This document shows, one piece after another, positions 40,411 through 53,840 of a stretch of 64,000 bases of DNA. Origin of the DNA: Octopus sinensis (Eukaryota); assembly GCF_006345805.1 (NCBI RefSeq), contig NC_043001.1:89962001-90026000 (forward strand), in the 5' to 3' direction. A program made the translations under genes and the position numbers. The notes beneath the pieces were generated by a model that worked only from the letters and a program-made list of their open reading frames with translations, was not told the origin of the DNA and ran no database searches. Within the stretch, counting starts at the first letter, position 1, and each line of letters opens with the position of its first letter.

Positions 40411-41470
40411 TATTTGCTATATTTCGGATGTGTTTATTCGAACAACTGTTACTTCGATCAATTGTTTTTCTTAGTCAAATGTTCGTGATAAATGTTAGTA
40501 TTCTAATATTTTATTTTAATACGTCAATATTTGCTACAGTTGGCTAATTATTTATTCGAACAATTATTTCTTCGATCTGTTGTTTTTTAGTCAACCGTTT
40601 TTGATAAATCCTAATTTGAATATCTGTTTTCGGCTAACAAACAATCACATGCCAAACTTTATTATTCTTGTCCCGTTTACAGATTAAATTCACAGATCTC
40701 GTACTTCCTTCTTGAAATTCTAGTTTTTCACTTTTCTCTCAGAAGACATTATCAAGTGCGGCAACTAGTATAATACTAGTTGCAGGGAGAATGACTGTGG
40801 GAGGGTTACCCAGTGATGGCTTCTGCGAAGAAAACAACTAGTTAAGTCAGTACTCATATATTTAATGTAATGAGACAAGAACATTTGTTTAAAATTACAC
40901 CCGCAGTGAGAGGAAAGACTTATAAAAAATATGAATTCATATAAGAAATTTTAATTTGACAAAGATCACAGGCATTACATATTCTCCATGAAATGTCCAT
41001 ATTCTATTACTAGTTAATTTAATTTACAACTCAAATTTCCAAAGTCGATAAAGTTTAAAATTGATGATAATCATACCTAACCATTATATTGATTGAATGA
41101 TTGATTGATTGATTGATTCAACATTCCTTCAGCTAATGAGTAATTCGGTGGCTCACAAATTCACTCGCACGAAAATTAAGTCATCGATTACAAGAGGTAA
41201 TAGACATTACATATAAAAATGTTTGCTGGCGATTTGTTTGTTATATAGAGCGATCGCTAACCAAACTGATCGAGTTTCGGATTTCGAGGAAGAAAGGTCA
41301 CTAAATGGAATGGTGTCACCAGCGCTGATCGTATTCTTCATAAATTTAGTATAATCACAGGAAGCAGTTAGGGTCAATTCGCTGCAGGATTTTGTCTTGG
41401 AGAAAAAGTCTCTGTAGACTTCGTATTGTAACGTACACATAAATTATATTGACTGACAATGTTTCGAGTG

Positions 41471-41589
<119 letters not shown>

Positions 41590-42398
41590 TGTATGTGTGT
41601 GTGCGTATATGGTGTGAGGCGGGGGTAGTGTGTGTATACATACAAGCATACATATACAGACATACATACGTTTGTATGTATGTATGCTGACATCATAATA
41701 ATTTAAAAGCTTTGGGAACGGGAAATAAATATTTTTTAGGAGCGGTAAATCTCGACGCAAATAGAGTTATGTATAAAATTTATATGCTATTATTTATAGC
41801 TTTATTTGCTTCGAGATTCATTGTTCAGAAAAAGAATGTGTGTATGTGTGCGTGTGAGAGAGAGGAGAGTATGTTATACACAACGTAGCTAGAGCCAGTT
41901 GAGTTAGAAGAAGTGAAATGAATTTAAGCATTACCAAAATGTCTCCTAATGGGTGAAATAATTATATTAACACCTATTTTCTATGCCTTTGATGAACAGA
42001 AAAAGTCAAGAGAAATCTACTGATAGACCGTTTCAGGCCGTGTTGATCGCTCTTCAGAGGAAACGTGCCTGGCTTCCTCTCCCAGATCATTCCATAGAAT
42101 ATTCTGGTTATCTATACGCAGCAGTCATACATTAAGTAATAGTTGCACTTGATAGCCTAATTTGCATATTTGTACTCTTGACGACACATAATTAATTAAA
42201 TTATATTAATTTTATGCACAACATATCGTAAATCAAAAATAAAATTAATTCAAATATTATAAAACCCCACTGTGGGTAAAAAAAAAGAAAGTAAACGCGT
42301 TATTTGTTCGTTCTATATGCTGAAGAAGAAGCCGGGAATCTCCTAATGGACTATACATACATACATACATACATACATACACACAGACACACACACAC

Positions 42399-42448
<50 letters not shown>

Positions 42449-42725
42449 TATAAATATAAATTTATATGAATAATAAGATCGTTGATTTAATTATCGATCT
42501 TATCAAGTGGCCAGCATGGGAATAAAAACCTTCAAAGGTAATAATTATTATTAAAATCATAATTTAGGGTATCTAAGAGATACCTCCACGCTGGAAATAG
42601 CAGCAAAGCTTCACTCTAAAACCGGTGCTCATTTAATGTGGTTTTAGAGTCAAGTTTTCCAGCGTGAGGGTATTATAATTTTATATATGTATATATATGT
42701 ATATGTATATTATATATGTATATAT

Positions 42726-42838
<113 letters not shown>

Positions 42839-43013
42839 GGTATATATATATATGTAGGTCCCGGGTTGAGTCGGGGTTAACCACAGTAAATAAGGTACTC
42901 AATACATAGCAGAGTAAATTAATTTATTTTATAGAAGGAGCTTCTACAGGACTAGAACTGTTTCATTCAAATAAAACAGTTCTAGTCCTATAGAAGCTCC
43001 TTCTATAAAATAA

Positions 43014-43152
<139 letters not shown>

Positions 43153-43286
43153 AAATAAAGTCAATTGAAATTTCGGGCTTTAACAATTATCAATGTGATG
43201 AGATATGAAAATTATACACCATTTAAAAGCTTTTGTGTGGCTTCTTTTGTTTCAGACTAAATAAATTCAGCTTCATAAATTAGATA

Positions 43287-43500
43287 ATGGCTATAGACCA
43301 AAATACAATCATAGCCTTCCACAAAGGAAGCGAAAGTAATACAGCTATAGCAAAGAAGTTTAAAATTAACCGAACAACAGACTGGAAAATTGTCAAGAAA
43401 TTTTGAGAGGCTGGTTTCACCGCTGATCGATCTGGACGTTGTCGAAAAAGAAGTGTGCTGACGTCTCAGCTTATCAAAAGTACCGGACAATGTTTCACCA
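43287..43500 (+). mobile_element. Tc1/mariner transposase N-terminal HTH fragment
   Basis: MAIDQNTIIAFHKGSESNTAIAKKFKINRTTDWKIVKKF*EAGFTADRSGRCRKRSV. Confidence 0.75.
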
Positions 43501-43549
43501 AAAAAAGGGAATTACAAATGTTACCAATGGCGATTAGGGTGTTAGGAAA

Positions 43550-43832
43550 CACCTACATTGCTAGAAGAGCTAAATCGCTCTAATGCTGTAGTTAATGCAC
43601 ATGAATGAAAATATATACACTAACAGGGACCATAATCGTCTGAAAAGTGCCGACCGAGAATTCTTAATACTGACGCGTTAGTTCGGCATTTTCGTTGCCT
43701 CATCAGTTAAGAAAGCTCGGCTTCAACTCTTTTCGGACGATTATGATCCCTGTTAGTGTACATATTTTCAATCATGTACGTTAACTACAGCATTAGAGCG
43801 ATTTAGCCTTTATTTCTAGCAATGTAGGTGTT
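43550..43832. repeat. Long inverted repeat (~115-bp arms) enclosing a hammerhead-like motif
   Basis: acacctacattgctagaa.../...ttctagcaatgtaggtgt; the loop reads CTGATGA-GGCA-acgaaaa-TGCC-GAA(ct)AACGCGTC on the minus strand; abuts (TA)n. Confidence 0.85.
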
Positions 43833-43833
43833 A

Positions 43834-43930
<97 letters not shown>

Positions 43931-44019
43931 TATGTATGTACATATACATTTATATATATAAATATTATAATGTATATATATATATATATTATATATATAT
44001 ATATATATATAGATCGATA

Positions 44020-44067
<48 letters not shown>

Positions 44068-44084
44068 CTTATATATATAATATA

Positions 44085-44129
<45 letters not shown>

Positions 44130-45189
44130 ATGTGTATATATATAATATATATAAATGAATATATATATATATATATACATACATGTATGTATGTACGTAT
44201 GTATGCATGTATGTATGTATGTATTTATGTATAAGCACACACTCTCGTACTTGCGCGTGCACACACACAAACACACTCACATATGAATGAGTCCTTCATC
44301 AGTTTCGGCAACGAACGTTCCATTTGTTTAATCAACCGAACTACCTTCTTACTGAAATATTGTGAAAGTGGCTGAGAGTTCCTCAGATATTTGTACTCTT
44401 TATATAATGCTCAAACAGAAGTAACATAGCATATTGCAAAGGGTCAGGTTACTTGTTAGGTCTCTCATGAGTGCTACTGGCAACATAGAATCTTGGTGGG
44501 TCATCGGCAATTAAACCGACTTCCCCTCTAGGATTGCCTGGTGAGGAATATTGCGCAGCATGACTAGTGTAGGTTCAGTGACTATCTAGCTATAGCATGG
44601 GCCCTCAGAAATTTCGGGTTCGTGTCTTGTATGTTAGAAAGCAAGCTACTGCAAATGAGGTACCCCTTAGCTTTTGTTAAAGCATGTCTCTAAAACCCAC
44701 TTCAAACCCAGGCTATGCTTGCTCCGATAATCGACGGTGACTTGATCAACGAATACTCTGTGATAGTCAACAATTTGACTGCAAGATGAGCAATTATGGA
44801 TCACACTATCCCAAAGTTTGTATGTATATGACGGAGGATCACATATAAATTTGTATTTCCACTGAAACTCCGAACATGATTAGAGCTGGCTCAACCCACC
44901 CTGGGTAGATGTTGCCGCAGGTTACAAGTAATTAAATTACATATGGCAGGTACACTCAATGTGAATTCGTTGGTAAGGGTTTGGTTGAGCAGATGGTATG
45001 GCAAAAAGACAGACACACCCATCCTAGAAATACACTTTCCTAAGATATCCGGGAGTGGAATTAAGCACATACCCTCATGCTTAAGAAGTGAATTTCTTAA
45101 CTATTCGGCCTTGTGTACACTTGTATGTCCTCTTTCCCTTTTTAATTTAGAAACATTTGGTTGTAATGTTGTTAAGGAAAGCATCGTAT

Positions 45190-45755
45190 TTCAACCGTAA
45201 GAAGGTTTTTCAGATGTTTATAGTTCCAGATATCACGATCATTTGTTGTGTATGAATTAAAGATTTGCGTTCTCTCCCCCAAAACTCATACTTAGCCATT
45301 CTTTTCTCCAGACGGTTGGTATATATCCTGTTGATTCAATAATAATAGATATGAAGCTGAAAGAGTATCTTGGGTACCGTATTTGCACACTCCGTATCAA
45401 TGGTTCATAGATGCTCTCTTTCTCTTGTATTTTACTAACCACAGTTATGATGTCCCCATCCTGTATTTTTTAAAATTTATATTAAATTTTGACTGGCCCC
45501 AACCTACTTGGTAACAAGACAACAGGAAAGCATCTTGATTTGTTCGTTATCCTTTAAATTTTTTAAAATGCCTTGCAGATTTTTACAGTCCAACATCGTG
45601 AGCGTTGTAGTGTATCAATTAAGGATGTGGGTTCTCGCCCCAAGAATCTAAGTTCAAACATTCTTTGCTTCAGACGGATTGGTATGTACCCTGTTGTTCC
45701 AATAATAGGTTAGAAGCTGAAAGTGTATCTTGGGCACTCGATTTGCAACTCTTTT
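45190..45755 (-). mobile_element. RLE-clade non-LTR retrotransposon 3' fragments (two copies)
   Basis: EKESIYEPLIRSVQIRYPRYSFSFISIIIESTGYIP at 45257-45442; second copy YTFSF*PIIGTTGYIP at ~45670-45750. Confidence 0.65.
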
Positions 45756-46109
45756 TATGTATGTTTGTTTGTATGTATGTATGTATGTTTGTACGTATGT
45801 ATGTATGTATGTATGTATGTATGTATGTATGTTGTATGTATGTATGTATGTATGTATGTATGTACACACGTACATAGACGTACGCACGCAAACACGACGC
45901 ACATGGTCAACACGTATTATATAATAACTATGTTGTATGTATATATAACATATATTCATACATTTATACTTATGTTAGCATATATGTGTGTGTGTGTGTG
46001 TGTATATATATATGCATATATATTTGCATACATATGCGAATACACAAACACACACACACATATACACACACAAAAGCAATATACACACGGAGATCTGTAT
46101 ATATAGGCA

Positions 46110-46151
<42 letters not shown>

Positions 46152-46215
46152 AATGCACACGCACCACACACATATATATACGCACAAAAGCAATGTACAC
46201 ACGCAGACATGTATG

Positions 46216-46299
<84 letters not shown>

Positions 46300-47046
46300 C
46301 ATATATATTCATACCTGTATGTGTGTGCGCGTGTGTGCATGTGTGTGCGTGTGTGTATGTATGTGTGTTTGTGTGTGTATTTGACGAGCATGTATTTAAA
46401 CAAACATGTATCGCTTCCTGCTAACATTTATTGAATGAAAATGCATCGAAGGTTTTCGATAACCTTGACACTATGCTGTGTAGTTTTGTACTCAGAATCT
46501 CATCAGATCGATACTGGGCAGACTGTAACTGACGTAAAACTTTACCTAAAAATACCTCGATTTCTTTTATATCGAAATATACAGGAAGATTTTAAGAGTA
46601 ATGGAAACATGATCACGTTCATGTCGAAGTGATGCTTGAAGGTTTAGAAAAGCAGTAAAGAAGAAGAGAAAAAAGGAAAAGATGAAAATTCCGTAAAATA
46701 ACACGCAAGCAAATAAATATTTCCCCATCTATATATCAAGTCTGAAGGACTACTTTATAGTCGTCATCACTGCAGCGCTGTGAATATGCATATGTATATA
46801 TATATATGGATATAGATAGACATACACAAACACATGCATGCATACATACATACATACATGCATACAAATATATATTTATATATACACACACACACACACA
46901 CACACATGTATATGCATATATATATATATATATATACATATAAATGTATATCTATATATATATGTATATATACATACATTCACATATATATAAATATATA
47001 TATACATACACACACACATTTCTATGTATATATATAATATATGCAT

Positions 47047-47112
<66 letters not shown>

Positions 47113-47115
<3 letters not shown>

Positions 47116-47530
47116 CCTTGTTTCTCCTCTCTGTGTTTAGCACCTTGTGGGTAGTAAAGAAATAGAAATAGGTATTTCGCCCGTGCCTGCGTTCTGAGTT
47201 CAAATTCTGCCGAGGTCGACTTCGCCTTTCATCCTTTCGGGGTCGATTAAATAAGTACCAGTTACGCACCGAGGTCGATATAATCGACTTAATCCGTTTG
47301 TCTGTCCTTGTTTGTCCTCTCTGTGTTTAGCCCCTTGTGGGTAGTAAAGAAATAGAAATAGGTATTTCGCCCGTGCCTGCGTTCTGACGTCAAATTCTGC
47401 CGAGGTCGACTTTGCCTTTAATCCTTTCAGGGTCGAAAAATTAAGTACCAGCGAAACACTGGGGTCGATAACATCGACTAGACCCTCCCACTAAATTTCA
47501 GAACTTGTGCCTATAGTAGAAAGGATTCTT
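47113..47530 (+). mobile_element. SINE family B multimer
   Basis: Two head-less units, each starting after gaaatagaaata|ggtatttcgcccgtgcc. Confidence 0.85.
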
Positions 47531-47899
47531 ATTATTATCGTTGTTGTGTTTTGCTGTAAACACCAATATACATGATCACTGAGGCATGACAGTCACGAAA
47601 TTTTGTGAAACACATACATGTTTTGTTGTTGTGTTATTATGTTATAATGTAGCGAGTGAGCCGAAGGTTTGAAGTATACAAATGTAGTGAGTGCATTCGT
47701 TTGTATAACAAGCCTAGTACAGTATTGCAATTTGCCACAAAGAAGCATGACTGCGTGGTTAAGAAGTTCATTTAGTTACTACATGATCTCGAGTTTGATC
47801 CTGCTGTAAAGGACTTTGTTGGAGAGAGTTCTACCATGCAATATTTAGATTTTAAACATCAAATGTTCAATAAAACTGTGGAAAGTAACTTAGTATGTT

Positions 47900-48600
47900 G
47901 TGTATACATCTGGCCGTGTCTTAGGTCAGATGTGTTTCATCTTCGATTTGTGAAGCATAGTTTTCTTTTCAATCTCGCTAGATTATCCCTTGACTCTTTT
48001 TTTTATCTCTCGCTAGCTCGTCATTTAGCCTCTTCAACTTGCTCTTTCCTATAAAGGTGAACATAATTTCAAGTGGATCAAACGAAACGGCGTTTAATCG
48101 CTTTTAACGCTATTTGTCACGATCCTCGACTTCCTATAACTTGTTGCTGTTTTAGTATATCAACTTCTCTTACTCACAACGAACTAACATTTGACTCTGA
48201 TACCCATCCCTACGTTCTTTCTTTAATCTCTTCACGTGCTACCAAGAATTGCCGGCCTATTTCCTCTCCGATCTCCCAGACTGAAAATCCATTGTTTCTG
48301 AGTCTAGCCAGCCTCTTCTCATCTCCTGATATCTTTCTTCCTTTTGCCAGGCTATGCGATGGTCTTATTCATCGCTGCACACAACATGCTTCCATTTCCC
48401 CCCTTGATCGCATCTTTCTCTTCCATTTAGGCTTTAATTGTTTGATTATGCTATCTTCCTATCGTCTTAGAGGTCTTCCGAGTGGTTTCTTCCGATCATT
48501 TGGACATCGTTGCCAATTTACTAAAGGCACTCTTAAACCTTTGAAATACAGTCGTATTACGACTTTTACGAGCATGCATATATTTCTCTTTGGATATAGC
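47900..48600 (-). mobile_element. RTE-like LINE 3' end followed by a Tc1/Tc3-like transposase N-terminus
   Basis: Minus strand: WQRCPNDRKKPLGRPLRR*EDSI...W (RTE C-terminus), then AKGRKISGDEKRLARLRNNGFSVWEIGEEIGR (HTH). Confidence 0.55.
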
Positions 48601-48771
48601 GTTGTATCAGTTAATTCAAGCAGCGAGTTTACAAATGGAAAGAAATAACGTTTAAATGCTGCGCTTTAAAAGCAGTTTTATTATACAAGAATATTTATGA
48701 CGTAAAACATTGCAAACGAAAGGCGATAACTTGCTTCAACCAATCCTCGGTAGAATCGTTAGCACGTCAAA

Positions 48772-49860
48772 GGCGGCGAGCTGGCAGAAGCGGTAGAACG
48801 CCGGGCGAAATGCTTAGCGGTATTTCGTCTGCCGTTACGCTCTGAGTTCAAATTCCCCCGAGGTCGACTTTGCCTTTCATCCTTTCGGGGTCGATTAAAT
48901 AAGTACCAGTTACGCACTGGGGTCGATATAATCGACTTAATCCGTTTGTCTGTCCTTGTTTGTCCCCTCTGTGTTTAGCCCCTTGTGGGTAGTAAAGAAA
49001 TAGGTATTTCGTCTGCCGTTACGTTCTGAGTTCAAATTCCGCCGAGGTCGACTTTGCCTTTAATCCTTTCGAGGTCAATTAAATAAGTACCAGTTACGCA
49101 CTGGGGTCGATATAATCGACTTAATCCCTTTGTCTGTCCTTGTTTGTCCTCCGTGTGTTTAGCCCCTTGTGGGTAGTAAAGAAATAGTATTTCGTCTGCC
49201 GCTACGTTCTGAGTTCAAATTCCGCCGAGGTCGACTTTGCCTTTCATCCTTTCGGGGTCGATAAATTAAGTACCAGTTACGCATTTCCTTTGTCTGTCCT
49301 TGTTTGTCCCCTCTGTGTTTAGCCCCTTGTGGGTAGTAAAGAAATAGGTATTTCGTCTGCCGTTACGTTCTGAGTTCAAATTCCGCCGAGGTCGACTTTG
49401 CCTTTAATCCTTTCGAGGTCAATTAAATAAGTACCAGTTACGCACTGGGGTCGATATAATCGACTTAATCCCTTTGTCTGTCCTTGTTTGTCCTCCGTGT
49501 GTTTAGCCCCTTGTGGGTAGTAAAGAAATAGGTATTTCGTCTGCCGCTACGTTCTGAGTTCAAATTCCGCCGAGGTCGACTTTGCCTTTCATCCTTTCGG
49601 GGTCGATAAATTAAGTACCAGTTACGCATTTCCTTTGTCTGTCCTTGTTTGTCCCCTCTCTGTTTAGCACCTTGTGGGCAATAAAGAAATAAGAATCGTT
49701 AGCACGTCGGACAAAATGTTTAGCAGCATTTCTCCCAGCTCTTTATGTTCTGAGTTCAAATCCCGCCGAGATCGATTCTGCCTTTCAAGTACTGAGGACG
49801 ATGTAACACTCCCCCATTCCAAAATTACTGTTTTTTTTTTTACCAAAATTTGAAACAATA
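48772..49860 (+). repeat. Tandem array of SINE family B units (~160-185 bp, 5 units plus a degenerate copy)
   Basis: Units start near 48820, 49003, 49187, 49347 and 49531; units 2+3 are nearly identical to units 4+5. Confidence 0.92.
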
Positions 49861-50224
49861 ATATTACTGAGAACGGTCATCATTGTCGTTATTGTTATCT
49901 TCTAATTCTTACTATCACTGCAGCACCATGAGCCATTGGTCCTCTGCTAAACGTTTTGAGCTTAGGGCTGTAACACTACGACAAAACCTTGTCACTCACA
50001 ACATGTATTTTGTAGCCTCTTTCAGGCTCTGTCCAAGGAGGATTTAGTGTTGTTAAACGTTTGGTATCTGACCGTGCCACTTATGGTAACACAACCCTTA
50101 ATACAGAGCGGCACGAAGAGGTCGGTCGTTGATGATGGTATGGTGCTTGATTAACTGCCGTTATTCATGTTGCTGTAATTGTTGCTGCTGCCACGACTAC
50201 TGCTGCTACTGTTGCTATAATAGA

Positions 50225-50724
50225 TCCCATGTCATACTTGATCGAGTAAACGTATAATCAAAGGTATTCCAGCCGTGACTATTCCGCCTTTTTGTTTGTA
50301 TCAAACATTGTATCTAGAACTCCATTATCCAAAATGTCCTTTCCGTTTTTTGAAAGATCGTAGATTGAAATTTGAAGGACATTTGGTTGCTATTTTTAGC
50401 AGGTCGAACGACTACGCAGAGACTCCTAAATGAAGCTGCTGTTATTGCAGATAGTGCTACTGCTACGGATACGTTTGCTGTATTGTGACTACTGTTGCTG
50501 CTGCTGGTGTTGTGCTGCTGCTATTGTTGTTGTTGCTGCTGCAGTTGCTGCTGTAGTTGCTGCTGTAGTTTATATCAAATGACGGCTGATATTGTTTGTC
50601 ATATTAACCGCTTTGCTGTTTCCACTGTTGTCGTTGTTGTTGTTACTACTACTACTGCTACTACTACTACTACCTGCACCACCACCACCACCACCACACC
50701 ACCACCACCACCACCACCACCACC

Positions 50725-50764
<40 letters not shown>

Positions 50765-51065
50765 GCGAACTGGTTTCGATTGATGCCTAGTAATTTTCTT
50801 TTTTTTTCACCCCCCCCCGAAAGTCACGGAGAAAGACGTTGCTGTGTCGAATACCAAAAGGAGAGTCTATGTGCGGTTGTTTGACTGCTAGAAATAGCAG
50901 CCACATTTCCCTCAAATAAAACCTTATCTTCTTAAATAAAGGGAGAACGCTGGATGATGTAGTCTTCGACTTCCTGGGACTACATCATCCAGATGAAGAA
51001 AGATAAGATGGTCACGGATGGAGTGCCTTTGATCATTGGTCTGCTCGATCAGCGTTGGCCAGACG
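50225..51065. repeat. Two oppositely oriented copies of another interspersed repeat around triplet microsatellites
   Basis: atcaaaggtattccagccgtgac and ttggttgctattt (50260-50400) match gaaatagcagcc and gtcacggatggagtgcctttgat (50890-51035) in reverse complement. Confidence 0.55.
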
Positions 51066-51299
51066 TTCAATGATAACAACAGCAACAACAACATCGGTAC
51101 CACCACCAAAAAAAGCAACAACCTATCCACAGTGATATAGTGAGAGAGAGAGAAAGAGCTAGAGAGAGAGAGAAAGAGCTAGAGAGAGAGAGAAAGTATG
51201 AGGGAGAGTGTATGGGAGAGAGTGTATGGGAGAGAGTGTATAGGAGAGAGTGTATGAGAGAGAGTGAGAATGAGAGAGAGAGTGTATAAGAGAAAGTGG

Positions 51300-51390
<91 letters not shown>

Positions 51391-51776
51391 GGACAGGCAG
51401 GTAGAGCGTCTGTGTAGTTGCTCGAGCTGCAATAAATAGCAGTCAAATTTCCGCCAAACCACGCGCTACCGTCTTGGATACATCGGATAACGTAGTTGTA
51501 CACACTCCTAAAATGACGGGATGGTCACAGCTGGACTGCTTTTAATCACAGGTCAGTCAGATCAAGTGTTCCCTGAAGTTAAACCACCAAAACAACTTAT
51601 GGTCGGTGAGTGTTGTAGAGTGTTTGCTGTAGAGTAACCTGCCACGGGTGTTTAGCTCTTGCTAAACATTCGTGACAGCTTAGTTTGTGGTGTTGGGCTA
51701 GAGGTGGGGGGACTCATAGCCACACATACAAGAGAGAGAAAGAGAGGGAGAGAGAGAGAGGAGAGAGAATGAGAAG

Positions 51777-51812
<36 letters not shown>

Positions 51813-51831
51813 TTGGAGTAGTGTAAGAAGC

Positions 51832-52035
51832 AGAGAAGCTGGCAGAAACGTTAGCACGCCGGGCGAAATGCATTGCGGTATTTTGTCTGCCGTTACGTTC
51901 TGAGTTCAAATTCCGCCGAGGTCGACTTTGTCTTTTATCCTTTCGGGGTCGATAAATTAAGTACCAGTTACGCACTGGGGTCGATGTAATCGACTTAACT
52001 CTTTGTCTGTCCTTGTTTGTCCCCTCTATGTTTAG
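51832..52035 (+). mobile_element. SINE family B, near full length
   Basis: agctggcagaaacgttagcacgccgggcgaaatg...tttagccccttgtgggtaataaag. Confidence 0.88.
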
Positions 52036-52199
52036 CCCCTTGTGGGTAATAAAGTAGAGAAGTAGAGAAAAGACGAGAGAAACATTAAAACGTCTGATGT
52101 GAAATAAGTCAGCGTTGAATCAGCGACGCCGAAACGGCTGTACCAAACATGATGTCATCTCAGTAGTCGTTCGATGTCCATCCTTTGAACATAGTTATT

Positions 52200-52492
52200 C
52201 TAGTACAGTTGATGTCTGATGAATATCGTATCGGCGCTTGTCATTTCTGCTTGTTCTAGGACTCAAGTGCTTCATTCCAATCCTTTTCATGGTAATTGGG
52301 TGTCAGTGTTCGTTGAATACTGTAATAAACGTCATAAAAATCCAATGCCTTGCTTTTACATTCTGCGTCCAGATCCCGCAGGTGACGACTCTGACGTCCG
52401 CCTATACAGATACGAAATTTTAGATACTGAAGCCGATTGTATCCTTTCACGATCAAAATAACCCTTATATTCGCTTTAAGACAGCTACTCAT
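52200..52492 (-). pseudogene. Possible degraded death-domain-like exon
   Basis: Non-repetitive ORF VILIVKGYNRLQYLKFRICIGG...LRDLDAECKSKALDFYDVYYSIQRT...WNEALES*NKQ; hydrophobic spacing is compatible with a death fold, judged by eye only. Confidence 0.3.
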
Positions 52493-52597
52493 GGATCATT
52501 CTGTATAAATCTTCACCCGTACCCTTCTCTACCGTCTGTCTATCTGTCTATCTATCTATATCTATCTTCCCGCTTGCCTGCTTGTTTGTCTATCTAA

Positions 52598-52659
<62 letters not shown>

Positions 52660-52680
52660 GCCCGCCTGCCTGCCTGTCTA

Positions 52681-52775
<95 letters not shown>

Positions 52776-53639
52776 GTCTGTCTATCTGTCTGTCTCTTTC
52801 ATCTCTCCCCTCTCTCTATCTGTCCCTCTCTCATCTTTCTCTCTCATCTCTCTTTCTCTCTCTCTCTCTTTCTCTTTCTCTCTCTATCTCTGTCTATTTC
52901 AATCTATTCAATCTTCACATGCCATAACCACGACGCAAACGCTGCTTCGTAATCCGATTCTTATCGCTGATGGATTCTCTGAAGGGGAGATGGATTTACT
53001 CAGTACCTGATGGATAAACGAAATAATCTCCCTGTTGAAATCCACTTCGCAATTTTTATCGAACAACGATTTTCTAATTCAAATTCATGGCAAATAGTTG
53101 TCTCTTTTTATAATTTTTATTTGCGTCTTGGAGATATCGATTCCATTCTTTATTTATCCATATTTTTTTCTTTACGAGTAAGGCAAAGGACTGACAAAAA
53201 CAATAGAATGCCAACTAAATGTTTCGCAGTATTTAATTCCATTACATTTCGTATTTCCAGAGGTCGATAAGATAAGTAGCAAGCATGTACTGGGTCTTTC
53301 TTTTTTTTTTAATCGGTTAGACATACATCCCATCTGCAAATTCTCCACCTGGCGTATTTAGAAAATTTTCCCGTTTCAAGAATGGTGAAAAATCAGGAAC
53401 GATATGACTCATAACCATAACCAAATGCCTTTGATCATCGTCATCATCACAATTCTTCTTCTTCTTCTTCTTCTTCTTCTTCTTCTTCTCTTCTTCTTCT
53501 TCTTCTTCTTCTTCTTCTTCTTCTTCTTCTTCCGCTGCTTCTGCTGTTTGTTGCTGCTTCCTTCATCTCCTTTTCTTGGTCTTCATTTCATTCTCCCGAT
53601 TTCTTCTTTTCCTTTTTCTTTCTCCTTCTCTCCTTCTCA

Positions 53640-53773
53640 TCAAATTCTGCTGAGGTCGTCTTTGCCTTTCATCCTTTCAGGGTCGATGAAATAAGTAGCA
53701 GTTGAGCACTGGGATCAATGTAATCAAATTGCTCCACCCCTAAGTTTCAGGCATTGTGCCCATTGCCGAAAGG

Positions 53774-53840
<67 letters not shown>

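Larger units (their letters stand above)
38009..41420 (-). pseudogene. Disabled multi-exon TNF-receptor-like / death-domain-like receptor gene (3' part)
   Basis: Minus-strand exons read by hand. ~41420-41266: FFSKTKSCSELTLTASC, TNFR-CRD-like, boundaries uncertain. 40822-40705 (phase 0>1): TVILPATSIILVAALDNVF*EKSEK, TM-like. 39866-39760 (phase 1>0). 39383-~39103: acidic 15-aa repeats, donor uncertain. 38967-38924 (phase 1>0). 38859-38551 (phase 0>0): YLITFVCMKTVTDPKQLWRVIKTGLIAAELNWMKEE...CFLQYLQ. 38164-38009: CQSV...VECPISHAKSSTSKQL...stop. Several in-frame stops and one 2-bp deletion. Confidence 0.6.

Noticed and set aside
48073-48648. 191-aa plus-strand ORF
   Set aside because: Antisense to RTE and Tc1-like remnants; no recognisable motifs.
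48772-49860. Regular repeat array resembling CRISPR
   Set aside because: Units are whole SINE bodies with no unique spacers; eukaryotic context and no cas genes.
50495-50884. Cys/Thr/Pro/His-rich ORFs
   Set aside because: Derived from triplet microsatellites (TGC, ACT, ACC).
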